Below, one piece after another: positions 8,988 to 18,588 of a DNA stretch of 64,000 bases. Numbering within the stretch: the stretch's first letter is position 1; every line of letters begins with the position of its first letter. Location of the stretch: positions 75,976-139,975 of the forward strand of contig JBLNCL010000003.1 of the NCBI GenBank assembly GCA_050260635.1. Direction: 5' to 3'. This stretch comes from Betaproteobacteria bacterium (GTDB taxonomy: Bacteria > Bacillota > UBA5301 > DYFA01). A program made the position numbers and the translations under genes. The notes beneath the pieces were generated by a model. That model was not told the DNA's origin. It worked only from the letters and a program-made list of their open reading frames with translations, and did no database searches.

Positions 8988-9093
8988 CGACCCCCGGCAT
9001 CCCCCCTGACATTGGCCTCGCTGGGACGTTTCTTATATTTTACCTCCAATGGCTCTGTTCCACAACCCCCAATTCAAGCTATGACCGGAAAAC

Positions 9094-10029
9094 CTACCCG
9101 TACAGGTACTGGATCGCTGTCCCGGCTGCGACGCTGACCCCAAGCAGGAGCCCGACCACGCGAAGCGTATCCCGGAGATCCCTGTTCTCGCGCAGCAGCA
9201 CCAGCGTGCCCAACCCAGCGCTGGCGGAGAGACCGGCGATGGCTGAACCGAAACTCAACGCTCCCTTGAGGTAAGCCTGGGTAATCACCACTGAGGCAGC
9301 GCAGTTGGGAATGAGCCCCACGAGCCCGGTCAAGAGTGGCTGGAGCGGGGTGTTGGCCAGCAAGAGCCGGCCCAAGTTCTCCTCGCCAACTCGGTGGATC
9401 GCCAGGTTCAGAGCAACCGAGACGGCCATGACAAAGAGGAACACCCTCAGCGTGTGCTTGACGGGATGGGCCAAGAGTTCCTTGAGGGGCGGTTTCTCCG
9501 GGGGAACGGTATGACAACAGCAGCCCTGGTGGGCGTGGAGAAGACTCTCTCCCCCTCCCTCAGCGAGGACCCTTAACTGCTGGGCAGCCGAAAGCTCCCT
9601 CCTCCTCGCCAGGCGGGTGGACACGCCCATAGCTAGGTCCACTGCATAACCCGCGGCCAAACCGATGGCAACCTTGGTCGCGAGCAGCGGCCAGACCAGC
9701 CCAGCCTTCTCCGGCTGGGCCAGAATCACCGGGATGGCCTCGTCCGAGGTGGAAAGGTAGACCGCCAGGAGGGTACCCGGGGTTATCAACCGCATGGTAT
9801 AAAGGGAGGAAGAGATGACGGAAAAGCCGCACTGAGGTAGGGCGCCAAACAAGGCCCCCAGAACCGGCCCCGCCATGCCGGCCCGCATCACCCGACGCCG
9901 GATTTCTTCGCCCCACCGAAACTCCACGAACTCGATACCGACGTAGATCGCTAGGAGCCACGGGATCATCCGCAGACTGTCCTTGACGCCCTCAAGCACA
10001 ACCTCCAACACGGCCCCCACCCCGGTCAC
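9094..10029 (-). CDS. Putative manganese/metal transporter membrane protein
   Basis: GALPQCGFS, LSTSDEAIP and GLIPNCAAS motifs; His/Cys loop HAHQGCCCH. Confidence 0.8.
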   Translation of the reverse strand: MTGVGAVLEVVLEGVKDSLRMIPWLLAIYVGIEFVEFRWGEEIRRRVMRAGMAGPVLGALFGALPQCGFSVISSSLYTMRLITPGTLLAVYLSTSDEAIPVILAQPEKAGLVWPLLATKVAIGLAAGYAVDLAMGVSTRLARRRELSAAQQLRVLAEGGGESLLHAHQGCCCHTVPPEKPPLKELLAHPVKHTLRVFLFVMAVSVALNLAIHRVGEENLGRLLLANTPLQPLLTGLVGLIPNCAASVVITQAYLKGALSFGSAIAGLSASAGLGTLVLLRENRDLRDTLRVVGLLLGVSVAAGTAIQYLYG

Positions 10030-10060
10030 CGAACCCTTCTATACCAGACGAGCCTATTAT

Positions 10061-11239
10061 TCACCTGTAGCAATGGCCTGTCAACCGCTGGCGCCGGTGC
10101 GCCGTCTGGAACACGTACAAGCCCAACAGGACTGACGCCCCGGCTGCCAGCCAGAAGGGGGCCGCGGGGCACCAGCTGTAGGCGTACCCGCCCATGATGG
10201 GTCCAACGGTATATCCCACACCGGTTGTGAGGTTGTAGAAGCCGAGGGAGCGGCCGAGCTGGTCCGCCTCAACCTCCTGGGCAATGGTAGAGGTCATCAG
10301 CGTCTTGACCCCATCGAAGGAGCCCCGCAAGGCCAACACCAGCCAAATCACCGGCCACCGGCCCAACGTCACCAGCCCCACCATGCCCAGGGCATGCAGT
10401 CCCAGGCCGACCGCGAGGCCTCGTCGCGGCCCTGCGCGGTCAGCGTAACGCCCCAGCAGGACCGCTAACAGGGCTCCCCCCAGCCCGGTGACCGCCCCGG
10501 CCGTGTTGACCCACTCGACACCGTGATGAAGGACGTCCCGGGCAAACGGCGCCACAAAGTGCCAGGAGAAGTAGAGCGCCGCCGCCACCCCGCCGAAAAG
10601 GAGGCAAGACAGGCAAAGCTCCGGCCCAGGTAGCTCCAGGCCTCGTCGGCCTACCCCGCACCGCTGTCGAAATCGGGCAGGCGGATGGTCGGGGCTGACG
10701 AAGAAGATGACCGCCGTGGAGATCCCAAAAAAGAACGCCGCCGCCCGAAAGACTCCAGACACCCCCCAGGCGACCTGAATTGGGTTGGCCAGCAGCGGAC
10801 CCAGTACAAAACCGATGGAAAAACCCGCGTACACTACGCTCATGGCTGAGGAAAGCCGTCCCGGCTGGGCCTTGGCGGCGATGTAGGCATTCATGTGGGG
10901 GACGTTAAAGATGCTGGCAGCAAAGAGAACCACTCCGGGGATGAGCTGCCGCCAATCCCGGGCGGCCAGGTACAGCAGCGGTACCGGGATACACATCGCC
11001 CAGCCAAGGATAAGTTGCCACCGGCGTTCGAACCGGTCGGCGAGGTATCCCCCGGGAATCACCGAAAGTGCCCCGACGAGAGAGGCCAGCGCCGAGAGGT
11101 AACCCAGCTCCACCGCACTGGCACCCAGAGACTGAACAAAAAGCGGCCAGGAGAAGAAGTAGCAGCCGTAGCCGATGCTGAACAGGCAAAGAGAGGCGAA
11201 GAATAGCCATAGATCCCTGGTCACAGTAGTCCTCCGCAA
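10061..11239 (-). CDS. MFS transporter
   Basis: About 12 TMs; motif A in both halves (GYLADRFERR, GRYADRAGPRR). Confidence 0.88.
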   Translation of the reverse strand: MRRTTVTRDLWLFFASLCLFSIGYGCYFFSWPLFVQSLGASAVELGYLSALASLVGALSVIPGGYLADRFERRWQLILGWAMCIPVPLLYLAARDWRQLIPGVVLFAASIFNVPHMNAYIAAKAQPGRLSSAMSVVYAGFSIGFVLGPLLANPIQVAWGVSGVFRAAAFFFGISTAVIFFVSPDHPPARFRQRCGVGRRGLELPGPELCLSCLLFGGVAAALYFSWHFVAPFARDVLHHGVEWVNTAGAVTGLGGALLAVLLGRYADRAGPRRGLAVGLGLHALGMVGLVTLGRWPVIWLVLALRGSFDGVKTLMTSTIAQEVEADQLGRSLGFYNLTTGVGYTVGPIMGGYAYSWCPAAPFWLAAGASVLLGLYVFQTAHRRQRLTGHCYR

Positions 11240-11282
11240 GTTGTTGCGTTGCCGAATGAGCGATTGCCGGATTACAGCTTCT

Positions 11283-11810
11283 TCAGTGGTCGCCCTTCTC
11301 CTCCCCGAGCGGAGCGGCTGCCACCAGCCGCACCTCGACTCGGGAGGCGTACCGCCGGACCAGCTCGGCCTGGCGGCGCCGGAGTTCCGCCGCCAACTGC
11401 CCCGCCCGCCCCTCCGTTCCTTCGACTTGGCGGGTCAACTCCTTCTCCCACCGCCGCAGGTCAGCTCTGAATTGCCGCCGCGTCGTCGTCCGGCGGGCCA
11501 GTGAAACCCGCACCCGCAAGACCGCCACCTGGTGCAAAACCCGACCGAGTCTGGCCACTTCTTCGGTCAGGGAACGGTGGTAGTACCGCGCCAGTTCCTC
11601 TTCAGCGGCGGCCCGCCGCTCCGCCACCTCCCGCTGCCAGCCGGGCAAGACTCGAGCCAGGAAGGCGCGGCAGGCTGCTTCGGCCCGGACGCGGGCCTCG
11701 TCCAGGTCCCTGGACGGCCCTACCACTACCGCCAAGTGAGCCTCCCGCCAAAGCGGTCCGTACAGCCTGGCACGAAAGAGGAAGGCGAAGCCGGCGGCTG
11801 GTTCACCCAA
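11283..11810 (-). CDS. Hypothetical coiled-coil protein (YqhG-like partner of the SNF2 helicase)
   Basis: Overlaps the helicase stop; TTG 11810 after GGAGGAGG; EEELARYY motif. Confidence 0.55.
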   Translation of the reverse strand: MGEPAAGFAFLFRARLYGPLWREAHLAVVVGPSRDLDEARVRAEAACRAFLARVLPGWQREVAERRAAAEEELARYYHRSLTEEVARLGRVLHQVAVLRVRVSLARRTTTRRQFRADLRRWEKELTRQVEGTEGRAGQLAAELRRRQAELVRRYASRVEVRLVAAAPLGEEKGDH

Positions 11811-13464
11811 GGGTTCCCTCCTCCCCCACCAGTTTTTCTCCAGACTCGTCAAGCGGGCCGAGGAGACTGTCGCTCCGCTGCGTAGCCATGGCGAAAGCGG
11901 CCCGGCGAGCCGCCACCTCCCGGCTCAGACGGGCAAAGCCAGCTTCAAGGTCTTCGGCGGTCCGGCTCTCCAGGACCAGGTCGGCGATCCTCCGCTCCAG
12001 ACCGTGCTCCAGGATGAGGTCCAGTTCTCCCAGGACCGCCTCGCAGAGGTCAAGTTTCACCCCGAGGAGTTCGAGCACACGGTTCTCGATGGTCCGCTCC
12101 GCCACTAGGTTGGTGATCTCGACCGTCTCCCGCTGGCCGAGGCGGTGGATCCGCCCAATCCGCTGCTCCAACCGCATTGGGTTCCAGGGCAGATCGAAGT
12201 TGACCAGCCAGGAACAAAACTGCAGGTTATGCCCTTCCGCCCCCGCTTCCGTTGAGATCATCACCCGGGCTGGACCGGCAAACTCCGCTACCGCTGCCTC
12301 CCGCTCCGAGGGAGAGAGGCCGCCATGGTACAGGGCGAAGGACACCCCCACCGCTGAGAGTTCCCGGGCAATGGTCTCCTGAGTCCCCCGAAACTCCGTG
12401 AAAACGAGGAGCTTGTCCCGGCGTCGGGAGGCCACATCCCGCAAGAGCCGGGCCTTACGGCAGGTGGTTCCCTTCGCCTGGGCTGCTATCTCCCGGTAGC
12501 GCCCCGCCAGTTCCGGCGGCAAGCCTGGCGTCCGGGCCATACGCAAGAGGGTCCGGCGAACCGCCTCCGGAGAACTGGTCGCCTCCCGCAGTAGCACCGC
12601 CAAGGGCAGCATCTGTTGCCGGGTCCGGCGGCATTCGCGGGCCGTTTGCAACAGCTCGAGGCAAGCGAGGTACAGCGCTCTCTCTTCCTCCGAAAGGGCA
12701 ACCGCCACCGTCTCCACCCGCCGGACAGGGAAGGAGAGACGGGCGGCGCGCCCCTCAGCCCGGAGCATGACCTTCCCCAGGCACTCCCGCAGAAGTGCGG
12801 GGTTCTTCGGGTGGTGCCGATCGGCCGCAAAAGCGCGCCGAAACTCGGCCGGCGTCGAGAAGAGACCCGGCCGAACCAAAGTGACGAGGTTGTAAAGCTC
12901 GCGAAGGTCGTTCTGCAGAGGCGTCGCCGTGAGGAGGAGCAGGTAGGTGGTTTCAATCGCCCAAACCAAACGCCAGTTGGCCGTCCGATGGTTCTTGAGC
13001 CGGTGCGCCTCGTCCACGATGACCAGGTCCCATGGCCGCTCCAAGATCACCCGCGTGTGATTGGGCCGTTTGGCTAGGTCCAGTGAACCGATGACCAACT
13101 CTGCCCGCCAGTCCATCGTGGTCCGGGCCACGACCGCTTCCAGGCCGAAGCGGTGGCGCAGCTCGGCCGCCCACTGGGAAAGCAGCGCTGACGGAGCCAG
13201 AATCAGGGCCCGCCGGACGAGCCCCCGGGCGCGCCACTCTGTCAGACAGGCCAGGGCTTCGATGGTCTTCCCCAGCCCGACCCCGTCGGCCAGCAGCGCC
13301 CTCCCGGCCAGCTCGTTCACCACCCGCCGGACCGCTTGCCGCTGGTGCGGATAAAGCCGCAGCGACGGCAGGATCTGGGGTAGCAGCAGGTCGCTCTCCT
13401 CTTGCCGGCAGTCCAGGTGGCGCAAAGCGCCAAGAAAAGCGTCACGGCCGAAGCTGACGTCCAT
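11803..13464 (-). CDS. SNF2-family helicase (YqhH-like)
   Basis: VGLGKT, DEAH, TATPLQN, STEAGAEGHNLQ and WNPMRLEQRIGRIHRLGQ motifs. Confidence 0.9.
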   Translation of the reverse strand: MDVSFGRDAFLGALRHLDCRQEESDLLLPQILPSLRLYPHQRQAVRRVVNELAGRALLADGVGLGKTIEALACLTEWRARGLVRRALILAPSALLSQWAAELRHRFGLEAVVARTTMDWRAELVIGSLDLAKRPNHTRVILERPWDLVIVDEAHRLKNHRTANWRLVWAIETTYLLLLTATPLQNDLRELYNLVTLVRPGLFSTPAEFRRAFAADRHHPKNPALLRECLGKVMLRAEGRAARLSFPVRRVETVAVALSEEERALYLACLELLQTARECRRTRQQMLPLAVLLREATSSPEAVRRTLLRMARTPGLPPELAGRYREIAAQAKGTTCRKARLLRDVASRRRDKLLVFTEFRGTQETIARELSAVGVSFALYHGGLSPSEREAAVAEFAGPARVMISTEAGAEGHNLQFCSWLVNFDLPWNPMRLEQRIGRIHRLGQRETVEITNLVAERTIENRVLELLGVKLDLCEAVLGELDLILEHGLERRIADLVLESRTAEDLEAGFARLSREVAARRAAFAMATQRSDSLLGPLDESGEKLVGEEGTLG

Positions 13465-13466
13465 CC

Positions 13467-14903
13467 TCAGCGGCTGGCTGGCACCCTCTCCTGCCGCAGC
13501 CGCGCCACCAGTTCCTCAGCGACCATCCAGATGTCTCCTGCCCCCATGGTGATCACCATATCGCCCGGCTGCACCGTGCGGGCCAGGTAGTTGACGATGT
13601 CCCGGTTGTTCTCGATCAGCGCCACCGGTCGCCCATCGTTGGCCTCGATCAGCCGGGCCAGCCGCTCGACCGTCACCCCGGGAATCGGCCTCTCCGGCGG
13701 TGGCGAGTAGATCCGGCCGAGCACCACGCGGTCGGCATCCCCGAAGGCTTTCCCGAATTCCTCCATGAGGAAGTGGGTCCGGGTATAGCGATGGGGCTGG
13801 AAGACCGCCACGATCCGGCGGCCAGGCCAACCCTCTCGGGCGGCCCTCAAGGTGGCCTGAATCTCAGTCGGGTGGTGAGCGTAGTCGTCCACCACCGTGA
13901 CGCCACGCTCTTCCCCGATGAACTGGAAGCGCCGTTTGGCCCCGTGGAAGTTGGCCAGGTGTTCCCGGACCGTCTCGAAGGGGATTCCCAGCTCGGCTGC
14001 GGCAGCCAGAGTGGCCAGCGCGTTGGCAACGTTGTGCCTACCCGGAACTACCAGACTCATGCGGCCCAGGTGGGTTCCACGATGGTAGACGTCGAAGGTC
14101 GAACCCCGGTCGGCCAGGACAATGTCGCCGGCGGTATAGTCGGCCTCCGTCTCCAAGGCATAGGTGGTCTTCCGGCGGGGAACCCGTCCGGCGATTTCCC
14201 TCACCCGCTGGTCACCGGTCCCGAGAACCGCCAGCCCGGACGGATGAAGGTTACTCAGGAACTCCTCGAAGCTGGCCACCATCTTGGCCAGGGTCCCGTC
14301 GTAGTATTCCAGGTGGTCCGCCTCGATGGTCGTCACCACGGCGATTCGGGGCCGGTAGCGGAGGAAAGACCGGTCGCTCTCGTCCGCCTCTGCCACGAGG
14401 TACTCCCCCTGGCCGTACTTGGCGCTGCCCCCGATGTCGTTCAACTCCCCTCCGATGACCACAGTGGGGTCCAGCCCAGCTCGCTCCAGGACCAAGGAGA
14501 TCATGGAGGTGACAGTCGTCTTCCCGTGGGCGCCGGCGACGGCGATGCCGTAACGTTCATTCAGCAGGGCTGCCAGAACGTCCGAGCGATGGACCACCGG
14601 GATACCCCGCTCCCGGGCCGCCAGAAGTTCGGGGTTGTTCTCGGCGATGGCGGTCGAAACGACCACCAGGTCGGCCCCCTCGACGTTCTCCGCCTGGTGG
14701 CCGAGGTGGATGCGAGCCCCCCGGGCCTCGAGGTTGAGCGTGGTTGGAGAACCCTTGAGGTCCGATCCGCTGACCCGGTGTCCCATCTCCAATAGCACCT
14801 TGGCGATCGGGCTCATCCCCGACCCACCAATGCCGATCAGATGTATGGCCAGCGGACCCTCCGTAAGCGACCGCACCACCCAGCCCCCCTCAACGGCTCC
14901 CAA
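13467..14903 (-). CDS. murC: UDP-N-acetylmuramate-L-alanine ligase
   Basis: IHLIGIGGSGMS, GAHGKTT, EADESD, DDYAHHPTEI and FQPHRYTRT motifs; start approximate. Confidence 0.95.
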   Translation of the reverse strand: MGAVEGGWVVRSLTEGPLAIHLIGIGGSGMSPIAKVLLEMGHRVSGSDLKGSPTTLNLEARGARIHLGHQAENVEGADLVVVSTAIAENNPELLAARERGIPVVHRSDVLAALLNERYGIAVAGAHGKTTVTSMISLVLERAGLDPTVVIGGELNDIGGSAKYGQGEYLVAEADESDRSFLRYRPRIAVVTTIEADHLEYYDGTLAKMVASFEEFLSNLHPSGLAVLGTGDQRVREIAGRVPRRKTTYALETEADYTAGDIVLADRGSTFDVYHRGTHLGRMSLVVPGRHNVANALATLAAAAELGIPFETVREHLANFHGAKRRFQFIGEERGVTVVDDYAHHPTEIQATLRAAREGWPGRRIVAVFQPHRYTRTHFLMEEFGKAFGDADRVVLGRIYSPPPERPIPGVTVERLARLIEANDGRPVALIENNRDIVNYLARTVQPGDMVITMGAGDIWMVAEELVARLRQERVPASR

Positions 14904-15002
14904 TCCCTCAATTCCTAATATCTACCCGGACAAGGATCTCTTATCCCTGGTGTTCGGCAAGCGGCCTGACCTTCCCTGCGTCACCGAAAAGGCCGCGTCA
15001 GG

Positions 15003-15033
15003 CAAAACGGAGACCCGGGGTGTTCCCCGGGTT
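15003..15033 (-). terminator. Intrinsic terminator after spoIIP
   Basis: ACCCGGGG-AACA-CCCCGGGT hairpin followed by CTCCGTTTT. Confidence 0.55.
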
Positions 15034-15082
15034 GGCCTGCTGACGAGCGTCGAACTTCGGCAGCCGCTGGTTGATGCCCCAG

Positions 15083-15865
15083 TTACTGCTCCTTCACCGG
15101 CTGGGCTGGCAAGGCCAGGGCGGCCACCGCATCGGCCAGGAGTTTCGCCGCCCGTTCCGCCTCCTCTTTCGTGTTCTGCGGATAGCTCCCGATGAAGACA
15201 GTCACCGCCTGGGGACTGACCCGCAAGTTGAAGCTGCCATGCTGGACCTTGACCCCCCGAGAGACGCCTGGGTATAGCTCGTTCAGCTTGGCGTCCAGGC
15301 TCTCGGCAAAGGCCAGGTTCTGCGCCAGATGGGGGTTATCCTGGTCGCCGACCACGAAGGCGATCCGGGCCACCTTCTCTCCGTTGACGGTGGCGGTGGT
15401 GGCGTTGGTGATCTCTGGCGGCAGTCCGTCGCGATGGAGATCGAAGACCATCTTGATGCTCGCATTCTGCGCAAGCTGCTCGCTGACCGTCTCGTAGGAG
15501 TGGTCGAAGGCATCCTTAAAGACAGGGTAATCGTGCACCGTTTCGGAGTGAACCGCTGTGATACCCCGTTCGGCCAGGGCTTCCTTGAAGGCCCGCCCGA
15601 CTTCCACAATCTGACCGGCCTCCCCTCGGGCGTGGGATTCGCCGGGAGCGTAGTTTTCTGAGGTGTGGGTGTGATAGATGGCGACCGACGGACCCACCCG
15701 GGCCGCTGTCTGCCGAGCGACTCGCGGCGGGAGTAAGCCCTTCAGCCCTCCAGGCGGGTAGAAGCCAAGGTAACGAGCACCCAACACCGCCACCACCACC
15801 AGCGTCACCAGGATAAAGAACAGCCCCGGCCCGTTCCGCTCGGAATCGAAGTCATGCGACCGCAC
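15083..15865 (-). CDS. spoIIP: Stage II sporulation protein P
   Basis: IYHTHTSENY and FDLHRDG motifs; N-terminal TM. Confidence 0.85.
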   Translation of the reverse strand: MRSHDFDSERNGPGLFFILVTLVVVAVLGARYLGFYPPGGLKGLLPPRVARQTAARVGPSVAIYHTHTSENYAPGESHARGEAGQIVEVGRAFKEALAERGITAVHSETVHDYPVFKDAFDHSYETVSEQLAQNASIKMVFDLHRDGLPPEITNATTATVNGEKVARIAFVVGDQDNPHLAQNLAFAESLDAKLNELYPGVSRGVKVQHGSFNLRVSPQAVTVFIGSYPQNTKEEAERAAKLLADAVAALALPAQPVKEQ

Positions 15866-15987
15866 GGTAGACCCTCCCTTCCCTTACAGAATCTTTATGC
15901 TCCCTGCGAAGCCCGCATAACCGGACCAGTCCCCCGCAGGAATCCCCGGAGGTTCGCCGAATATTTTGAAATTACCCTGCAGAGGAG

Positions 15988-17235
15988 GTGCGCCGCATGG
16001 TCCAGATCGCCCTGGTGGCGGTGGCCGCCGCCCTGGTGGGCTTCGTCGCTGGGTGGCTGGTTTTCGGCCGTCTCCGGCAAGTCCCCCCGCCCTCGCCTGC
16101 TCCCACCTCTTCCAGCCAGGCGGAGCAGACCCTCAGCATTGCCTCCCAAACGCTGCCGATCATCCGCCAAGGATTCAACGCCGAAAACGCCGGAAAGGTG
16201 GCCGAGATTATCCAGCGGATCAGCGAGGTGGCGGCGGTCGCCATTACCGACACCGAGCGCGTCCTGGCCTTCGTTGGCGCCGGCTGCGAACAACATCGCC
16301 CAGGCGACCCAATCCTGACTGAGGCGACCAAGCGCGCCCTCTCCACCGGCGAGCTGCAAGTCGTGACCAACCAGCGGGATTTTCACTGTGCGCGCGTCGA
16401 CTGTCTCTGCCCGCTTGAAGCGGCGGTGATCGTCCCGCTCAAGGTAGAGCGGCGGGTGGTCGGGGCCTTAAAGCTGTATCAGACGAGGAACGGGGAACTC
16501 CCTTCTCACCTGGTCAGGCTGGCGGTGGGGCTGGGCCAACTCCTCTCGACCCAGATCGAGATGGCCGAGTTAGACCGGCAAGCGCAACTCGTGACCCGTG
16601 CGGAGCTGGATGCCCTGCGGGCCCAAATCAACCCCCACTTTTTCTTTAACATCCTAAATACCATCATCATGTACAGCCGGGTCGACCCGGAGCGAACCCG
16701 AAGACTCCTCGTTCGCCTGGCGGAGTTTTTCCGCCAGACCCTCAAGACTCCGGGCCACTTTCAGAGCCTCCGGGACGAGCTAGCCTACCTCCGAACCTAC
16801 CTTTATCTTGAACGGAACCGGTTCAAGGACAAGCTGCGGGTGTGCCTCATCGTCGATCCTTCCCTGCGGGAGGAAGAGGTGCCGGTCCTGATTATCCAAC
16901 CGCTGGTGGAGAATGCCATCAAACACGGTATCGGACCCAAGATCGGAAAGGGAAAGGTCGAGGTCTCGATCCGGCGGGACGCCGAGGGATACATTGTGCT
17001 CCGGGTCAGCGATGACGGTGTGGGGATGAGCCGAGAGCGGCTCCGGACGGCGCTGGAGCCCGGCGTCGGCTCTGGTAACGGGGTGGGGCTCTCCAACGTC
17101 TACGAGCGGTTGACTAGGCTGTACGGCGACCGCCTGGGCTTTGCGGTGGAGTCGGCCCCCGGCCAGGGAACGACCGTGACGATCCGGTTCGAGCCACGTC
17201 GGCGAGAGAAGGAGCGAGTGGCTGATGGTGCTTAG
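15988..17235 (+). CDS. LytS/YehU-family sensor histidine kinase
   Basis: GAF-like domain, ELDALRAQINPHFFFN, QPLVENAIKHG, DDGVG and GVGLSNV motifs. Confidence 0.9.
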   Translation: MRRMVQIALVAVAAALVGFVAGWLVFGRLRQVPPPSPAPTSSSQAEQTLSIASQTLPIIRQGFNAENAGKVAEIIQRISEVAAVAITDTERVLAFVGAGCEQHRPGDPILTEATKRALSTGELQVVTNQRDFHCARVDCLCPLEAAVIVPLKVERRVVGALKLYQTRNGELPSHLVRLAVGLGQLLSTQIEMAELDRQAQLVTRAELDALRAQINPHFFFNILNTIIMYSRVDPERTRRLLVRLAEFFRQTLKTPGHFQSLRDELAYLRTYLYLERNRFKDKLRVCLIVDPSLREEEVPVLIIQPLVENAIKHGIGPKIGKGKVEVSIRRDAEGYIVLRVSDDGVGMSRERLRTALEPGVGSGNGVGLSNVYERLTRLYGDRLGFAVESAPGQGTTVTIRFEPRRREKERVADGA

Positions 17236-17995
17236 GGCGCTCATCGTGGATGACGAATACCCGGCCCGCGCTGAACTGCGCTACCTTCTTCAGGCCTATC
17301 GGGACCGGGTGGAGGTGGTGGGCGAGGCGGCCCACGCCGCAGAGGCGCTGGCCCTGCTGCAGGCGGTAGATTACCAGATCCTCTTCCTGGACATTGATAT
17401 GCCCGGCCTCTCCGGACTGGACCTGGCCCAACGGATTCAAGGGATGAGCCGGCCCCCGGCGGTTGTCTTCGTCACCGCTTACGACCACTACGCGCTGCAG
17501 GCTTTCAATGTAAACGCGGTGGACTACCTGCTGAAACCGTTCGACGAAAAGCGACTCCACCAGGCGCTGAATAAGGTCTTTCGCGCCCTAGCTGGCCAGG
17601 CTGGCACGCCTGCGGCCAAGGAAGGTGCAACGGAACAGGCCGTCGCCCCCCGGGGCGTCCGCCTCGATCGGATCCTTGCCGAACGAGCCGGCAAGACCGT
17701 GCTGGTGGATGAGAAAGACATCTACTACGCCTTCGCCAAGGACGACGTGGTCTACCTCCAGCTCCAGAGCGAGCGCTTGCTCACCCGGTACACCTTGAAA
17801 GAGCTGGCCGCGCGTCTGCGCCAGCCCCCTTTCTTCCAGTGCCACCGCAGCTATCTCGTGAACCTGCGGAAGGTCAAAGAGATCGTGCCCTACTGTAACG
17901 GCACCTACGGGCTCCTCTTGGAGGACCCCCGCCGGAGTGAGGTGCCGGTCAGCCGGGGGCAGAGCCGCCGTCTCAAATCGCTCCTCGGAATGTGA
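17225..17995 (+). CDS. LytTR-family response regulator
   Basis: IVDDE...FLDIDMP...VDYLLKP receiver domain; CHRSYLVNL...VPVSR LytTR domain. Confidence 0.92.
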   Translation: MVLRALIVDDEYPARAELRYLLQAYRDRVEVVGEAAHAAEALALLQAVDYQILFLDIDMPGLSGLDLAQRIQGMSRPPAVVFVTAYDHYALQAFNVNAVDYLLKPFDEKRLHQALNKVFRALAGQAGTPAAKEGATEQAVAPRGVRLDRILAERAGKTVLVDEKDIYYAFAKDDVVYLQLQSERLLTRYTLKELAARLRQPPFFQCHRSYLVNLRKVKEIVPYCNGTYGLLLEDPRRSEVPVSRGQSRRLKSLLGM

Positions 17996-18452
17996 CAAGG
18001 CAGACGATCGTAAGCGAAAGGCCTGCCAGGAAGCGCACCCCCCGCCCTGACCGGCGGGCGGCCTTACCCCAGAGAAGAGAGGCCCCAAACCCGCCCGCCA
18101 TGGCCGTTAGGAGTACCGCCAGGGTCTGCGCGACACCCAGGCCCAACAGCACGATTCCCGCCGCCCCCAGAAGCGCACGGCCGAGGAGGCCGCAGTCGGC
18201 CGCCGGCCCGGTCGGAATGAAACTGGCCGATTCGGCCAGGTGGACGAGGCCGAGGCAGCCCAGGATACCGGCTCCCAGGAGCGCCGCCCCGGCCGTCGGC
18301 AGCCCCCTTCCCAGCCAGCACCCCACCAATGCTCCACCCAACGTGGTCACGGCACCAGCCGCCAGCATCCAGGGAGGCTTGTTGTCTAGCGCACCACCCG
18401 TCCACCAGTCCAGGAAGAAGGCCGCCACGACCCACCACGCATAGGCTGACAC
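17973..18452 (-). CDS. Hypothetical membrane protein (weak YtaF/MntP-like)
   Basis: Gly/Leu-rich multi-TM ORF; possible sigE-like CATAGGCT upstream. Confidence 0.45.
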   Translation of the reverse strand: MSAYAWWVVAAFFLDWWTGGALDNKPPWMLAAGAVTTLGGALVGCWLGRGLPTAGAALLGAGILGCLGLVHLAESASFIPTGPAADCGLLGRALLGAAGIVLLGLGVAQTLAVLLTAMAGGFGASLLWGKAARRSGRGVRFLAGLSLTIVCLVTFRGAI

Positions 18453-18588
18453 AAAGTCATCCCCCCAGCCTGCACCAGCCTATGCTGCTGCGGTGGGGGA
18501 GTGACCTTCGGGCGAGGGGTCAGCAAGGCCAGGGCAGCCGCCCCTCCATGACGTTCTCCTCCTCCTGGCTCGCTCCTGGTTCAGGCGC

